NCBI GenBank assembly: GCA_051746405.1
Contig: JBNJFB010000012.1
Location: 1-53,709, forward strand
DNA from: Campylobacterota bacterium
Lineage (GTDB): Bacteria; Campylobacterota; Campylobacteria; Campylobacterales; Arcobacteraceae
Length of the DNA: 53,709 nucleotides
Direction of reading: 5' to 3'
A program made the position numbers and the translations under genes. Positions 21,388 through 30,619 of the stretch are shown piece after piece. Numbering within the stretch: the stretch's first letter is position 1; each line of letters begins with the position of its first letter. Below the pieces are notes generated by a model, which ran no database searches, was not told the DNA's origin, and saw only the letters and a list, made by a program, of their open reading frames with translations.

Positions 21388-21413
21388 TGGAATGACCCCA
21401 ATAAACTAGACAC
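21388..21413. mobile_element. Solo IS3-family-like terminal inverted repeat remnant
   Basis: TGGAATGACCCCAATAAACTAGACAC resembles IS3-family ends (TG...TG.CCCC.AAA.TAGACA) from memory; no partner end or transposase seen. Confidence 0.45.
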
Positions 21414-21573
21414 AAATTAATTCAGTTAATTAAAATTTAAAAAAAGTTGTAGTATTAAAATATTACTGAACGTGTTTCGCCTGAGTTTGAGACTTTATCA
21501 CTTATTTAACAAATTGTCTTATCATTTTATATCTGTTATAATTACTACTTAAAATATAAATAAAAGAGTTTAA

Positions 21574-22950
21574 ATGCATAAATTTGATGATGATAGTATA
21601 GAAGCTCTTCGTAATATTATCTTATTAAGACGTGATATAAGAGGAAATAGATTTTTAAATACAAAAATAGAAAAGAAGATATTAGATGAGTTATTAGACG
21701 CTGCTAATAGTGCTCCTTCAGTAGGTTTTTCTCAGCCATGGAAATTTATAATAGTAAAAAACAGAACAAAAAGAGAAGAAATATATAAAAACTTCCAAAA
21801 AGAGAATAAAAAAGCAAAAAAAACTTTTAAAAATAATAAAATATATTCAAACTTAAAGCTTGAAGGTATAAAAGAGTCATATTTGAATATTGCTGTTTTA
21901 TATGAAAAACCAAAAAAAGATATCTTAGGTCAAACAACACAAAAAAGAGTTGGAGAGTATAGTGTAGTATGTGCTATTCAAAACTTTTGGCTTATGGCTA
22001 GAGCTTATGGTATTGGAGTCGGTTGGGTTAGTATTTTAAAGCCTAAGAAGATTAAGAGAACATTAGATATAAGTGATGATTATAAATTAATTGCATACTT
22101 AACAGTAGGGTATGTAAAGCAGTTTTCAAAAGAACCAGAATTGAAAACAATTGGTTGGCAAAAGAAAAAAAAGATAAAAGATATTAAAAATTATAGGATT
22201 TTATATATGATAAAAAAGATTGATATAGAAAGTCAAGAGTATCAAACGCAGTTAGAATTGACAAAGCAATTTACAAACAGTGTTGTTGAAAAGTATGGGT
22301 TTGAATATAATCCAAATGATGAGATAAATGAGTCTATTCAGATGGGTCTTACAAGAAATAAAATGATTTATGGTAAGAGGTTTTGTCCATGTTTTATGGT
22401 GATTGGAAGCACTAAGCAAGAGCAAGAAGATGCTGACAATAGGCTTTGCCCTTGTACTCCTGCTTTGGAAAAAGAGATTCCCTCACAAGGTCATTGTCAC
22501 TGTGGGATTTTCTGTACACCACAATATGCAAAAAAAGAGGCTCAAAAAGAGAATATGCATGATGCTATTGCTACTCATTCAAGGGGTTTATTAAAAGAAG
22601 AGTGTGAAGAGTTACTAGCAAAAGATGAGGTGAATGCAGTGGAGTTAGAGTCACTTCTTGAAGCTAGAGATTTAGGATTTATTAAGTTTAATCTTGTGGA
22701 TACAAGAGAGTGGATGGAGTGGGTTGCTCAAAGAATAAAAGGTACTGATTATCTTATTCCTACGACCTCTTTTTATCAAGCATTAAATCAAATAGATGAC
22801 CAAAAAGATACACCTGTGGTAGTTTACTGTTTAAGCGGAAGTAGGTCTGCATACTGCCAAAGGATTATGGCAGATTTGGGATATAAGCAAGTAACAAACT
22901 TAGATTATGGTATTTCCACTTTTCAAGGTGAGTGTTTAAGTGGGCAGTAG
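21574..22950 (+). CDS. bluB: 5,6-dimethylbenzimidazole synthase BluB read in-frame into a ferredoxin-thioredoxin reductase catalytic domain plus rhodanese domain
   Basis: RRDIRG...APSVGFSQPWKF...CAIQNFWLMARAYGIGVGWVS (BluB); then CPC...CPC...CHC (FTR) and VYCLSGSRS (rhodanese). Confidence 0.8.
   Translation: MHKFDDDSIEALRNIILLRRDIRGNRFLNTKIEKKILDELLDAANSAPSVGFSQPWKFIIVKNRTKREEIYKNFQKENKKAKKTFKNNKIYSNLKLEGIKESYLNIAVLYEKPKKDILGQTTQKRVGEYSVVCAIQNFWLMARAYGIGVGWVSILKPKKIKRTLDISDDYKLIAYLTVGYVKQFSKEPELKTIGWQKKKKIKDIKNYRILYMIKKIDIESQEYQTQLELTKQFTNSVVEKYGFEYNPNDEINESIQMGLTRNKMIYGKRFCPCFMVIGSTKQEQEDADNRLCPCTPALEKEIPSQGHCHCGIFCTPQYAKKEAQKENMHDAIATHSRGLLKEECEELLAKDEVNAVELESLLEARDLGFIKFNLVDTREWMEWVAQRIKGTDYLIPTTSFYQALNQIDDQKDTPVVVYCLSGSRSAYCQRIMADLGYKQVTNLDYGISTFQGECLSGQ
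22207..22950 (+). CDS. Probable independent FTR-catalytic/rhodanese protein from an internal start
   Basis: In-frame ATG at 22207 with AGGA RBS at the domain boundary. Confidence 0.65.
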   Translation: MIKKIDIESQEYQTQLELTKQFTNSVVEKYGFEYNPNDEINESIQMGLTRNKMIYGKRFCPCFMVIGSTKQEQEDADNRLCPCTPALEKEIPSQGHCHCGIFCTPQYAKKEAQKENMHDAIATHSRGLLKEECEELLAKDEVNAVELESLLEARDLGFIKFNLVDTREWMEWVAQRIKGTDYLIPTTSFYQALNQIDDQKDTPVVVYCLSGSRSAYCQRIMADLGYKQVTNLDYGISTFQGECLSGQ

Positions 22951-22965
22951 AGCAAAAAAGAGAAC

Positions 22966-24000
22966 TTAAAAAAGCTGACCTTGGTTCTCTTCTGTGATAT
23001 TTTCACTTCCTGGGGGAGATAGTCTAAACATTTCGTATGTTTTTATACTAGCTACTCTACCCCTTGCTGTTCTTTCTATAAAGCCATTTGCTAAAAGATA
23101 TGGTTCAATAGCATCTTCAATAGTTCCCTCATCTTCACTAAGAGCTGCTCCTATTGTAGATAATCCCATTGGTTTACCCCTATTTGAGATTAGTAACTCA
23201 AGTAGTTTTAAGTCCATTTCATCAAAGCCACTTTCATTAACACCTAGTTCATCAAGCGCATATTTTGCTCTACTTAGTACTATGCTATCTTCATTTTCAA
23301 CTTCTGCAAAGTCCCTAACTCTTCTTAAAAGTCTTAGTGCAACCCTTGGAGTACCTCTACTTCTTCTTGATATTTCAAAAGATGCATCATCGTCACACTG
23401 TTTATTTAGTTTTTGACCTGCTTTTTGAATTATTTTAGCTAGTTCATCATGGTTATAAAACTGCATTCTAAAGTGCATACCAAATCTCTCCCTTAAAGGG
23501 TTTGATAGCATTCCTGCTCTTGTGGTTGCACCTATTAGCGTAAATCGTGGTAAATCTATTTTTACAGTTTGAGCAGCAGGTCCTGAACCTATTATGATAT
23601 CAAGTCTATAGTCTTCCATTGCAGGATAAAGTATCTCTTCAACAGCAGGACTTAGTCTGTGAATCTCATCAATAAAAAGGATATCTCCCTCTTCAAGGTT
23701 TGTTAAAATAGCAGCTAAGTCACCACTTTTTTCTATCATAGGCCCAGCTGAGATTTTGATATTTGAGTTCATTTCATTTGAGATTAGATAAGAAAGTGTA
23801 GTTTTACCAAGTCCTGGAGGTCCAAAAAATAGTATATGGTCAAGTGCTTCTTCCCTTTTTTTTGAAGCTTCAATAAATACTTTTAGGTTTTTCTTGATTT
23901 TTTCTTGACCTATATAGTCATCCCAAGATGAGGGTCTTAGGGTTACTTCTGCATTATCCTCTTCAAAGTTTACTTGTTCTACTTCAACAACTCTTTCCAT
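22966..24000 (-). CDS. ruvB: Holliday junction branch migration helicase RuvB
   Basis: [43 protein letters not shown]. Confidence 0.97.
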   Translation of the reverse strand: MERVVEVEQVNFEEDNAEVTLRPSSWDDYIGQEKIKKNLKVFIEASKKREEALDHILFFGPPGLGKTTLSYLISNEMNSNIKISAGPMIEKSGDLAAILTNLEEGDILFIDEIHRLSPAVEEILYPAMEDYRLDIIIGSGPAAQTVKIDLPRFTLIGATTRAGMLSNPLRERFGMHFRMQFYNHDELAKIIQKAGQKLNKQCDDDASFEISRRSRGTPRVALRLLRRVRDFAEVENEDSIVLSRAKYALDELGVNESGFDEMDLKLLELLISNRGKPMGLSTIGAALSEDEGTIEDAIEPYLLANGFIERTARGRVASIKTYEMFRLSPPGSENITEENQGQLF

Positions 24001-24003
24001 ATT

Positions 24004-24822
24004 TTAGTACTCTTCTTCTTTTGATGGGAATGTTCTGTTTTGTACATCTTCTTTGTACTGTTTTACAGCTTGTTTTATTTGCTTTGCACCATCTAAATAG
24101 TGTCTTACAAACTTAGGTTTAAACTGCTCAAAAAGTCCTAACATATCAGACCATACTAAAACCTGTCCATCTGTAACATTTCCTGCACCAATTCCAATAG
24201 TTGGTATTGATACAGCTTGGCTTATTTTTTCTGCAGCTTCGCTTTTTACACCCTCAATTACAAGTGCAAATGCTCCTGCTTTTTCAATAGCTATGGCATC
24301 TTTTATTAGTTGGTTTATGTCTTCTTGGGTTTTACCTCTTACTTTATATCCACCCTCACTTCTTACATATTGGGGCATTAGTCCAATATGACCCATAACT
24401 GCAATAGAGTTTGATGTAAGGTGCTTTACTATATCTGCTCTATCTTCTCCACCTTCTATTTTAACTGCAGCTGCTGTTGTTTGCTGATAGACTTTAATAG
24501 CATTTGTAAGTGCTTCATTTTTGTTGTTGTATGTACCAAAGGGCATATCTAAAATCACAAAAGCCTTAGGAGCTCCTGTACACACAGCTTTAGTATGATA
24601 AATCATTTGATCTAAAGTTGCAGATAGGGTATCTGGCTTTCCTGCGAAGCTCATATTTAGACTATCACCTACTAAAATCATATCTGCTATTTCTTCAAAT
24701 AGCTTTGCAAATAAAGCATCATATGCTGTTATCATTGTTAAGTTTCTAGAGTTTTTTGAGTTTTTTATTTTTGTAATATTCATCTTTTCAAAACTATTCT
24801 TATCATTTTTTATAATACTCAT
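24004..24822 (-). CDS. panB: 3-methyl-2-oxobutanoate hydroxymethyltransferase
   Basis: MITAYD, ILVGDS, DMPFG, VKIEGG, GHIGLMPQ, GIGAG..TDGQVLV. Confidence 0.96.
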   Translation of the reverse strand: MSIIKNDKNSFEKMNITKIKNSKNSRNLTMITAYDALFAKLFEEIADMILVGDSLNMSFAGKPDTLSATLDQMIYHTKAVCTGAPKAFVILDMPFGTYNNKNEALTNAIKVYQQTTAAAVKIEGGEDRADIVKHLTSNSIAVMGHIGLMPQYVRSEGGYKVRGKTQEDINQLIKDAIAIEKAGAFALVIEGVKSEAAEKISQAVSIPTIGIGAGNVTDGQVLVWSDMLGLFEQFKPKFVRHYLDGAKQIKQAVKQYKEDVQNRTFPSKEEEY

Positions 24823-24961
24823 ATGTAACTTCCTAATAATATATTAAAATTTTTTAATAATTGTATCTAAAATATGTCTCAATTAGATTAATATCCCTTT
24901 CATTTTATATAAATTTAATTAATATAAAGCTACATTAAGTAATCGTAAAAGGATTGTGTAA

Positions 24962-27900
24962 ATGTTTTTTAGAATATTTTTTTCTCTTGTGCTTTTTTTT
25001 GTAACAATGAATGCTCAAAATTTAATCTCAAGCTTGTCAGATGAGCAAAAACAGTGGTTAAAAAAACATCCAGTGATTACAGCACAAAATGAGTCTGATT
25101 ATATCCCTATAAATTTTAATAAAAATGGCTACCCACAAGGTTTATCAATAGATTATATGGACTTTATAGCTAAAAAGTTAGGTATAAAGATTAAATATAT
25201 ATCAGGTAAAACTTGGGATGAGTATCTACAGATGGCTAAAGATAAAAAAATTGATATCATACTAAATGTTGTAAAAACTGATACTAGAAAAGATTATTTA
25301 AAGTTTACAAAACCATACTTAAAAACCTATCCATTTATATATGCTAACAAAAACAATGATATAAAAAACCTAAAAGATTTAAGTGGTAAGAAGCTTGCTA
25401 TTCCCAAGGGGTACTATTTTGAAGAGTTATTTGAAAAAAACTATCCTGATATAAAATTAATAAAAGTTAAAAACAATCTTGAAGCACTTAAACAAGTCTC
25501 AACAAATCAAGCAGATGCAACAGTTGGGATGTCCTCAACCTTTGAACATCTAATAAACGAACACTTTATAACAAATGTAGAAATTCGTTCTGAGTCAAAA
25601 ATTAGTGGTATTAGTAAGTATTTTGAAAGAGTAGGGGTTAGGGATGATTGGGGAATATTTAGAAATATTTTAGATATTGCAATATCACAAGTTAAGTATG
25701 AAGAGGAACAACTTTTAAAAGATAAATGGAAACTTGCAATAATAAAAAAAAGTGTAGTTGATAGTATCTACTTAACACAAGAAGAGAAAAATTGGCTTGA
25801 AAACAATAGAGTAATAAAAGTCTATAATGAAAAAGATTGGGTTCCATTTAACTATAGAGAAGATGATATTGCAAAAGGTTTTTCTATTGATTATTTTAAT
25901 CTTTTAGCATCTAAGCTAAACTTAAATGTAAAATATATTCCAAATTTGAGTTGGAATGAAGCTATGAATGATTTAGAGAATTCAAAGCTTGATGTTATGC
26001 TTAATATAGCTAAAACAAAACCAAGACTACAGAGGTTTGATTTTACTTCAAATATCTACTTAAAGGTTAGAAGTGGATTTGTTCAAAGAAAAAACAGTGT
26101 AGATATAAATGACTTTTCTGAAATAGAAGATAAAAAATTAGCTATAGTAAAAGGTTTTATTGTAAATGATTTTATTAAAGAAAACTATCCAAATATCAAC
26201 TATATAGCATTACCAAGTACCACAAGTGTAGTAGAAGCTGTATCAAATAAAGAGGCATTTGTAGGTCATGGAACTATTGGTTCTATGCAGTATATTATGA
26301 ATAAAAATAGTATAGAAAATTTGAAATTTAATCTTGATGGTAAGGGTACAAATGAGCTTCATATTGCTGTAAAAAAAGGTAATGATATACTTTTATCACT
26401 TTTAAATAAAGCAGAAGCTTTAATAAGAATAGAAGAGTTAAATGATTTAAAGCAGAAGTGGTTTTTAATAAATAGTATAGATGAGATAGATAAAAAGAGT
26501 ATTTTTACAAAAGAAGAGAAAAAATGGCTTAGGGAAAATAGAGTTGTTGTAGGTGTTGATAGTGACTATAAGCCTATGAACTTTTTAAATAAAAATGGAA
26601 ATATAGATGGCTTAACAATTGAGTTTTTAGATGAAATTCAAAGGATAATTGGAAAAGATATAACAATAAAGCATCAGTCTTGGAGTAAGACATTAGAAGA
26701 TATATCTTTGGGAAATATTGATTTTGTAGCAAATATAAATAAAACAGACCAAAGAAGTGAGTATTTGGATTTTACAAAGAGTTATTTAACTGTTCCTATG
26801 GGAGTTATTACAAATAGTGATGAGAAAAAGTATGATAGTTTAAAACAGCTTGAAAATAAGATATTAATAGTTAAAAGAGACACAGCTGAGGTTGAGTTTA
26901 TATCAAAAAATTTCCCAGCTATAAAACTAATGATAGTAAGTGATTATGATGATGCTTTATCATTGCTTAGTGAAAATAAAGCAGATGCTATTTTTGCTCA
27001 TCTACCTGTGATTTTACAAAAAATTAAAGATTTGTTAATAGCTAATATGAAGATTAACTTAATATACTTTAGTGATAAAATAGGTCAGCAAAGGCTAGCA
27101 GTAGCAAAAAATAATGTGATTTTAAAATCTATTTTACAAAAAAGTTTGAACGAAATCACTAAAAAAAGAAAAGATGAGATTTTAAGTAAATGGCTTGATA
27201 TAAAGTATGAAACAAAAAGAGACAACTACTCTTTTTTATGGGAAGTACTACTAATAACTGTAGCTTTAGTTTTTGTGCTATTGGCAATAAGTGTAATATT
27301 AAAAAGAAAAATCAACAAAGAAGTAAAGAAAAGATTAAATATACAAAGACAAAAAGATGAGATAAACTCTATTTTAAATGGCTCTTCTACTATGCTTATA
27401 ATTCATACAGGTGAAAGAATGGCAAGGGTAAATAAAGCGTTTTTGGACTTTTTTGAAAAGTATGAGAATATAGAAGAGTTTGTGGAGAAAAACTCATGTA
27501 TCTTTAATCTCTTTGTTCAAGTAAATGATGAAAACTATCTATCAAGAAATAAACTTGAAGCCTCAAACTGGGTTGAAGAGGTTTACAATAAAAAGAGAAG
27601 AGGTCTAAAAGTATTAATTCAAAAGGGAGTGCAAAACCATCATTTTATTATAAATATTAGTCAAATTTCATTAAATGGTAATAGCTTCTACTTAATAGAG
27701 CTAATGGACATAACTCAAGAGATAAATCAAAGTAAAGAGTTAGAAGAGAAAAATATTATTATAACAGAGCAGTCAAAAATGGCAGCACTTGGTGAAATGA
27801 TAGGAAATATTGCTCACCAATGGAGACAGCCATTATCTATCATCTCTTCATTGGCTAGTTCTTATAAAGTTAAAAAAGATTATGATATGCCAATTGTAGA

Positions 27901-28492
27901 AGAGGAACTTCTTGAAGATATGCAAAAGATTATAGAGACATCAAAATACTTGTCTCATACTATTGATGATTTTAAGAACTTTATAAAAGGTGATAAGATT
28001 GTTGATGAGTTTAATGTAAGTAAGGCTGTAAACAAATCTTTAAGTATAGTTGGAACTTCTCTTTCAAATAACTTTATTGATGTGCAGTTTAAAGTAAATG
28101 GCTCTTTAAAGGTACATTCATGTGAAAATGAGCTAGTACAGTGTTTATCAAATATATTAAATAATTCAAAAGATGCACTAAAAGAGATTGATGAAGATAA
28201 AAGAGTTATTAATATTATTTTAGAAGAGGTTGATAATAATGCTGTTATAACAATACATGATAGTGGGGGCGGAATACCTGAAAGTATAATAGAAAAAATA
28301 TATGAACCATACTTTACAACTAAGCATGAAAGTCAAGGTACAGGCTTAGGCTTATATATGTGTTATAAAATAATAAATGATAGTTTAAAAGGCGAAATTT
28401 TTATTAAAAATGAGAATATAACTGTACAAGATGAGACTCTTCTTGGAACGAAGGTGAAAATATGTTTACCTATAGACATATCTACCCTTTAA
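24962..28492 (+). CDS. Membrane sensor histidine kinase with three tandem periplasmic solute-binding (PBPb) domains
   Basis: Signal peptide; three repeats of L..EEK.WL...P.NF...G..IDY; TM helix; H-box IAHQWRQPL; DSGGGI, FTTK, GTGLGL. Confidence 0.9.
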   Translation: MFFRIFFSLVLFFVTMNAQNLISSLSDEQKQWLKKHPVITAQNESDYIPINFNKNGYPQGLSIDYMDFIAKKLGIKIKYISGKTWDEYLQMAKDKKIDIILNVVKTDTRKDYLKFTKPYLKTYPFIYANKNNDIKNLKDLSGKKLAIPKGYYFEELFEKNYPDIKLIKVKNNLEALKQVSTNQADATVGMSSTFEHLINEHFITNVEIRSESKISGISKYFERVGVRDDWGIFRNILDIAISQVKYEEEQLLKDKWKLAIIKKSVVDSIYLTQEEKNWLENNRVIKVYNEKDWVPFNYREDDIAKGFSIDYFNLLASKLNLNVKYIPNLSWNEAMNDLENSKLDVMLNIAKTKPRLQRFDFTSNIYLKVRSGFVQRKNSVDINDFSEIEDKKLAIVKGFIVNDFIKENYPNINYIALPSTTSVVEAVSNKEAFVGHGTIGSMQYIMNKNSIENLKFNLDGKGTNELHIAVKKGNDILLSLLNKAEALIRIEELNDLKQKWFLINSIDEIDKKSIFTKEEKKWLRENRVVVGVDSDYKPMNFLNKNGNIDGLTIEFLDEIQRIIGKDITIKHQSWSKTLEDISLGNIDFVANINKTDQRSEYLDFTKSYLTVPMGVITNSDEKKYDSLKQLENKILIVKRDTAEVEFISKNFPAIKLMIVSDYDDALSLLSENKADAIFAHLPVILQKIKDLLIANMKINLIYFSDKIGQQRLAVAKNNVILKSILQKSLNEITKKRKDEILSKWLDIKYETKRDNYSFLWEVLLITVALVFVLLAISVILKRKINKEVKKRLNIQRQKDEINSILNGSSTMLIIHTGERMARVNKAFLDFFEKYENIEEFVEKNSCIFNLFVQVNDENYLSRNKLEASNWVEEVYNKKRRGLKVLIQKGVQNHHFIINISQISLNGNSFYLIELMDITQEINQSKELEEKNIIITEQSKMAALGEMIGNIAHQWRQPLSIISSLASSYKVKKDYDMPIVEEELLEDMQKIIETSKYLSHTIDDFKNFIKGDKIVDEFNVSKAVNKSLSIVGTSLSNNFIDVQFKVNGSLKVHSCENELVQCLSNILNNSKDALKEIDEDKRVINIILEEVDNNAVITIHDSGGGIPESIIEKIYEPYFTTKHESQGTGLGLYMCYKIINDSLKGEIFIKNENITVQDETLLGTKVKICLPIDISTL

Positions 28493-28542
28493 GAATGTAT
28501 TTGATAAAATATTATTATATAATAAGATAGGATTGTATTTAG

Positions 28543-29298
28543 ATGAATGAAAAAAATGAGAAAAAATTAGTTGGATATATAACTTCTTCAATACCTGATA
28601 ATAGTTTTAGTGTTGATTTGGCTTTTGCAATGAAAGATGCGGGCGTTGATATATTAGAGTTAGGGATACCTTTTTCAGATCCAGTTGCAGATGGACCTGT
28701 AATAGAAAAAGCAAATCAAATTGCACTTAGCAATGGATTTGGATTAAGTGATTTATTTGAAGTGTCTTCAAAAATAGCAAAAGATATAGATACTTTATGG
28801 ATGGGGTATTATAACCCTTTTTATAGTTATGGATTTGAAAGATTTTTGCAAAAAGCCCAAGAGTTTGGAATAGAGGGTACTATAATACCTGATGTACCTT
28901 TTGAGATGGCTCAAAGCTTAATGCCTCTTTATGAAAAGTATAATAAATCAAATATTACTTTTGTTGCTCCCACACATAGTGATGAGAGAATTAAAGAAGT
29001 TGTAGCAAACTCTAAAAAATTTGTCTATATGGTAGCTTATGCAGGTATTACAGGAAGTGGGCAAGAAGAGGATTTAAGCTTAGTAATAAATTCAGTTAGA
29101 AAGTACACTAATACACCTTTGTATATAGGTTTTGGTGTAGATGAAAAAACATGTAAGCAAAAAGTTCAAGGTGTTGATGGGGTTATTGTAGGAAGTGCTT
29201 TTGTAAAACACTTAATAGATGATTCTTTATCAAATAGTGAAAAAATGAAAAAAATCACAAGCATAGCTAAAGAGATAAAAGAGAAGATAAACCAATAA
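28543..29298 (+). CDS. trpA: Tryptophan synthase alpha chain
   Basis: LELGIPFSDPVADGPVI, MGYYNP, GITG, IGFGV, DGVIVGSA. Confidence 0.95.
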   Translation: MNEKNEKKLVGYITSSIPDNSFSVDLAFAMKDAGVDILELGIPFSDPVADGPVIEKANQIALSNGFGLSDLFEVSSKIAKDIDTLWMGYYNPFYSYGFERFLQKAQEFGIEGTIIPDVPFEMAQSLMPLYEKYNKSNITFVAPTHSDERIKEVVANSKKFVYMVAYAGITGSGQEEDLSLVINSVRKYTNTPLYIGFGVDEKTCKQKVQGVDGVIVGSAFVKHLIDDSLSNSEKMKKITSIAKEIKEKINQ

Positions 29299-29299
29299 A

Positions 29300-30034
29300 A
29301 TGTTTACCAATAAAAATAACATAGAGTTTTTAGAAGAGAGTAGGGAGTGCTCTTACTTTGATAATGAAATATCAGATATTAGATATAGGTATATGTACTC
29401 ATGTGACACACATGAGTATCAAGCTATGTTAGAGAGAGGTTGGAGAAGATTTGGACGAATGCACTTTGTTCCTGAGTGTAAAGAGTGCACTAAGTGTATT
29501 ACTATGAGAATTGATGTAAAAAACTATAAGTTCTCTAAATCACAAAAGAGAGTGATTAACAAAAATAGAGATACAAGACTCTATATAAGACCACCTTCAG
29601 TTACAGTTGAACATTTAGAACTATATAATAAATATCATAAGACTATGAATGAAAAAAAAGGTTGGCCTTTTACTCCAATAAGTCCATCTGAGTATTCACG
29701 CTCTTATGTTGAGGGCAAAGCTGGATACTCAAGAGAGTTTTTATATATGAGAGACAATGAACTAGTAGGGGTTGCTTTAGTGGATATTTTACCAAAGTCT
29801 ATTTCTTCTATTTATTGCTTTTATGACCATGACTATAGTGATTTGTCACTAGGAAAATTCTCTATCTTAGCTCAAATAAAAATAGCAAAAGAGTTAAATA
29901 TACCACATATTTATCTTGGTTACTGGATAAAAGATCACTACTCTATGGGATATAAAGAGGATTATAAACCTTTTGAGGTATTAAAAAACAGACCCTCACT
30001 ACATGAAGATACTATATGGGAAAAATATGAGTAA
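29300..30034 (+). CDS. Arginyl-tRNA-protein transferase-like / Asp-Glu leucyltransferase (ATE/Bpt family)
   Basis: CSYF, GWRRFG, P.C..C..C, SSIYCFYD, SLGKFSIL.QI, YLGYWI, M.YK. Confidence 0.9.
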   Translation: MFTNKNNIEFLEESRECSYFDNEISDIRYRYMYSCDTHEYQAMLERGWRRFGRMHFVPECKECTKCITMRIDVKNYKFSKSQKRVINKNRDTRLYIRPPSVTVEHLELYNKYHKTMNEKKGWPFTPISPSEYSRSYVEGKAGYSREFLYMRDNELVGVALVDILPKSISSIYCFYDHDYSDLSLGKFSILAQIKIAKELNIPHIYLGYWIKDHYSMGYKEDYKPFEVLKNRPSLHEDTIWEKYE

Positions 30035-30260
30035 TTATAATATCGTTGTAATAATATCTATAGTAATTTGTGCTATAATATCTTTACTAATTAGTTATTA
30101 TGGAACTTTAGTTATTTTACAACAAGATAGTGGCTTATTTAAAATTGTGCAACTTGTAGTTGCAATTATGGTAATGATGGGGTTTTACTCCCCAATAAAA
30201 TATCTACTTTTAAAGTATATGGATATAGATATAAATGAGGACAATAATGATGTTAAATAA
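30027..30260 (+). CDS. Small membrane protein (two TM helices), hypothetical
   Basis: ATG 30027 overlapping the previous stop; hydrophobic segments. Confidence 0.6.
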   Translation: MSNYNIVVIISIVICAIISLLISYYGTLVILQQDSGLFKIVQLVVAIMVMMGFYSPIKYLLLKYMDIDINEDNNDVK

Positions 30261-30609
30261 AATTTTTATAGTAATGTTTGCATTAAGTACTTTTTTTTAT
30301 GTACAAGCTGAAGAGATTACAAATAATGAAGATGGTCAAGATGAAGTGTTTGTGGATTGTTTAATTTTAGAAGATGAAAACTCTATTATTTGTAAGTTTA
30401 ATGCACAAAGACAGACAAAAGATCAAGAGATAATAGTACAATGGATTGACCCACAAGGTGAAGTATCAAGAAGCAGAGAGATGATAGTTCCATCAGGTCA
30501 TGGTTCAATTTATGACTATAGATATAAAGATGGAAGAGTTCCTGGTGAATGGACTTTTAAAGTAATAACAGATGAAAAAGAGTATACTACTACTTTTGAA
30601 TTAAAGTAG
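30247..30609 (+). CDS. Exported hypothetical protein (Ig-like beta content)
   Basis: Signal peptide MMLNKIFIVMFALSTFFYVQA; WIDPQG...PGEWTFKV; GAGG RBS. Confidence 0.65.
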   Translation: MMLNKIFIVMFALSTFFYVQAEEITNNEDGQDEVFVDCLILEDENSIICKFNAQRQTKDQEIIVQWIDPQGEVSRSREMIVPSGHGSIYDYRYKDGRVPGEWTFKVITDEKEYTTTFELK

Positions 30610-30619
30610 TAGTTATACT

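Noticed and set aside
21414..21573. Cobalamin riboswitch upstream of bluB
   Set aside because: No B12-box or GGGAA/GCCACTG core; the region is too AT-rich.
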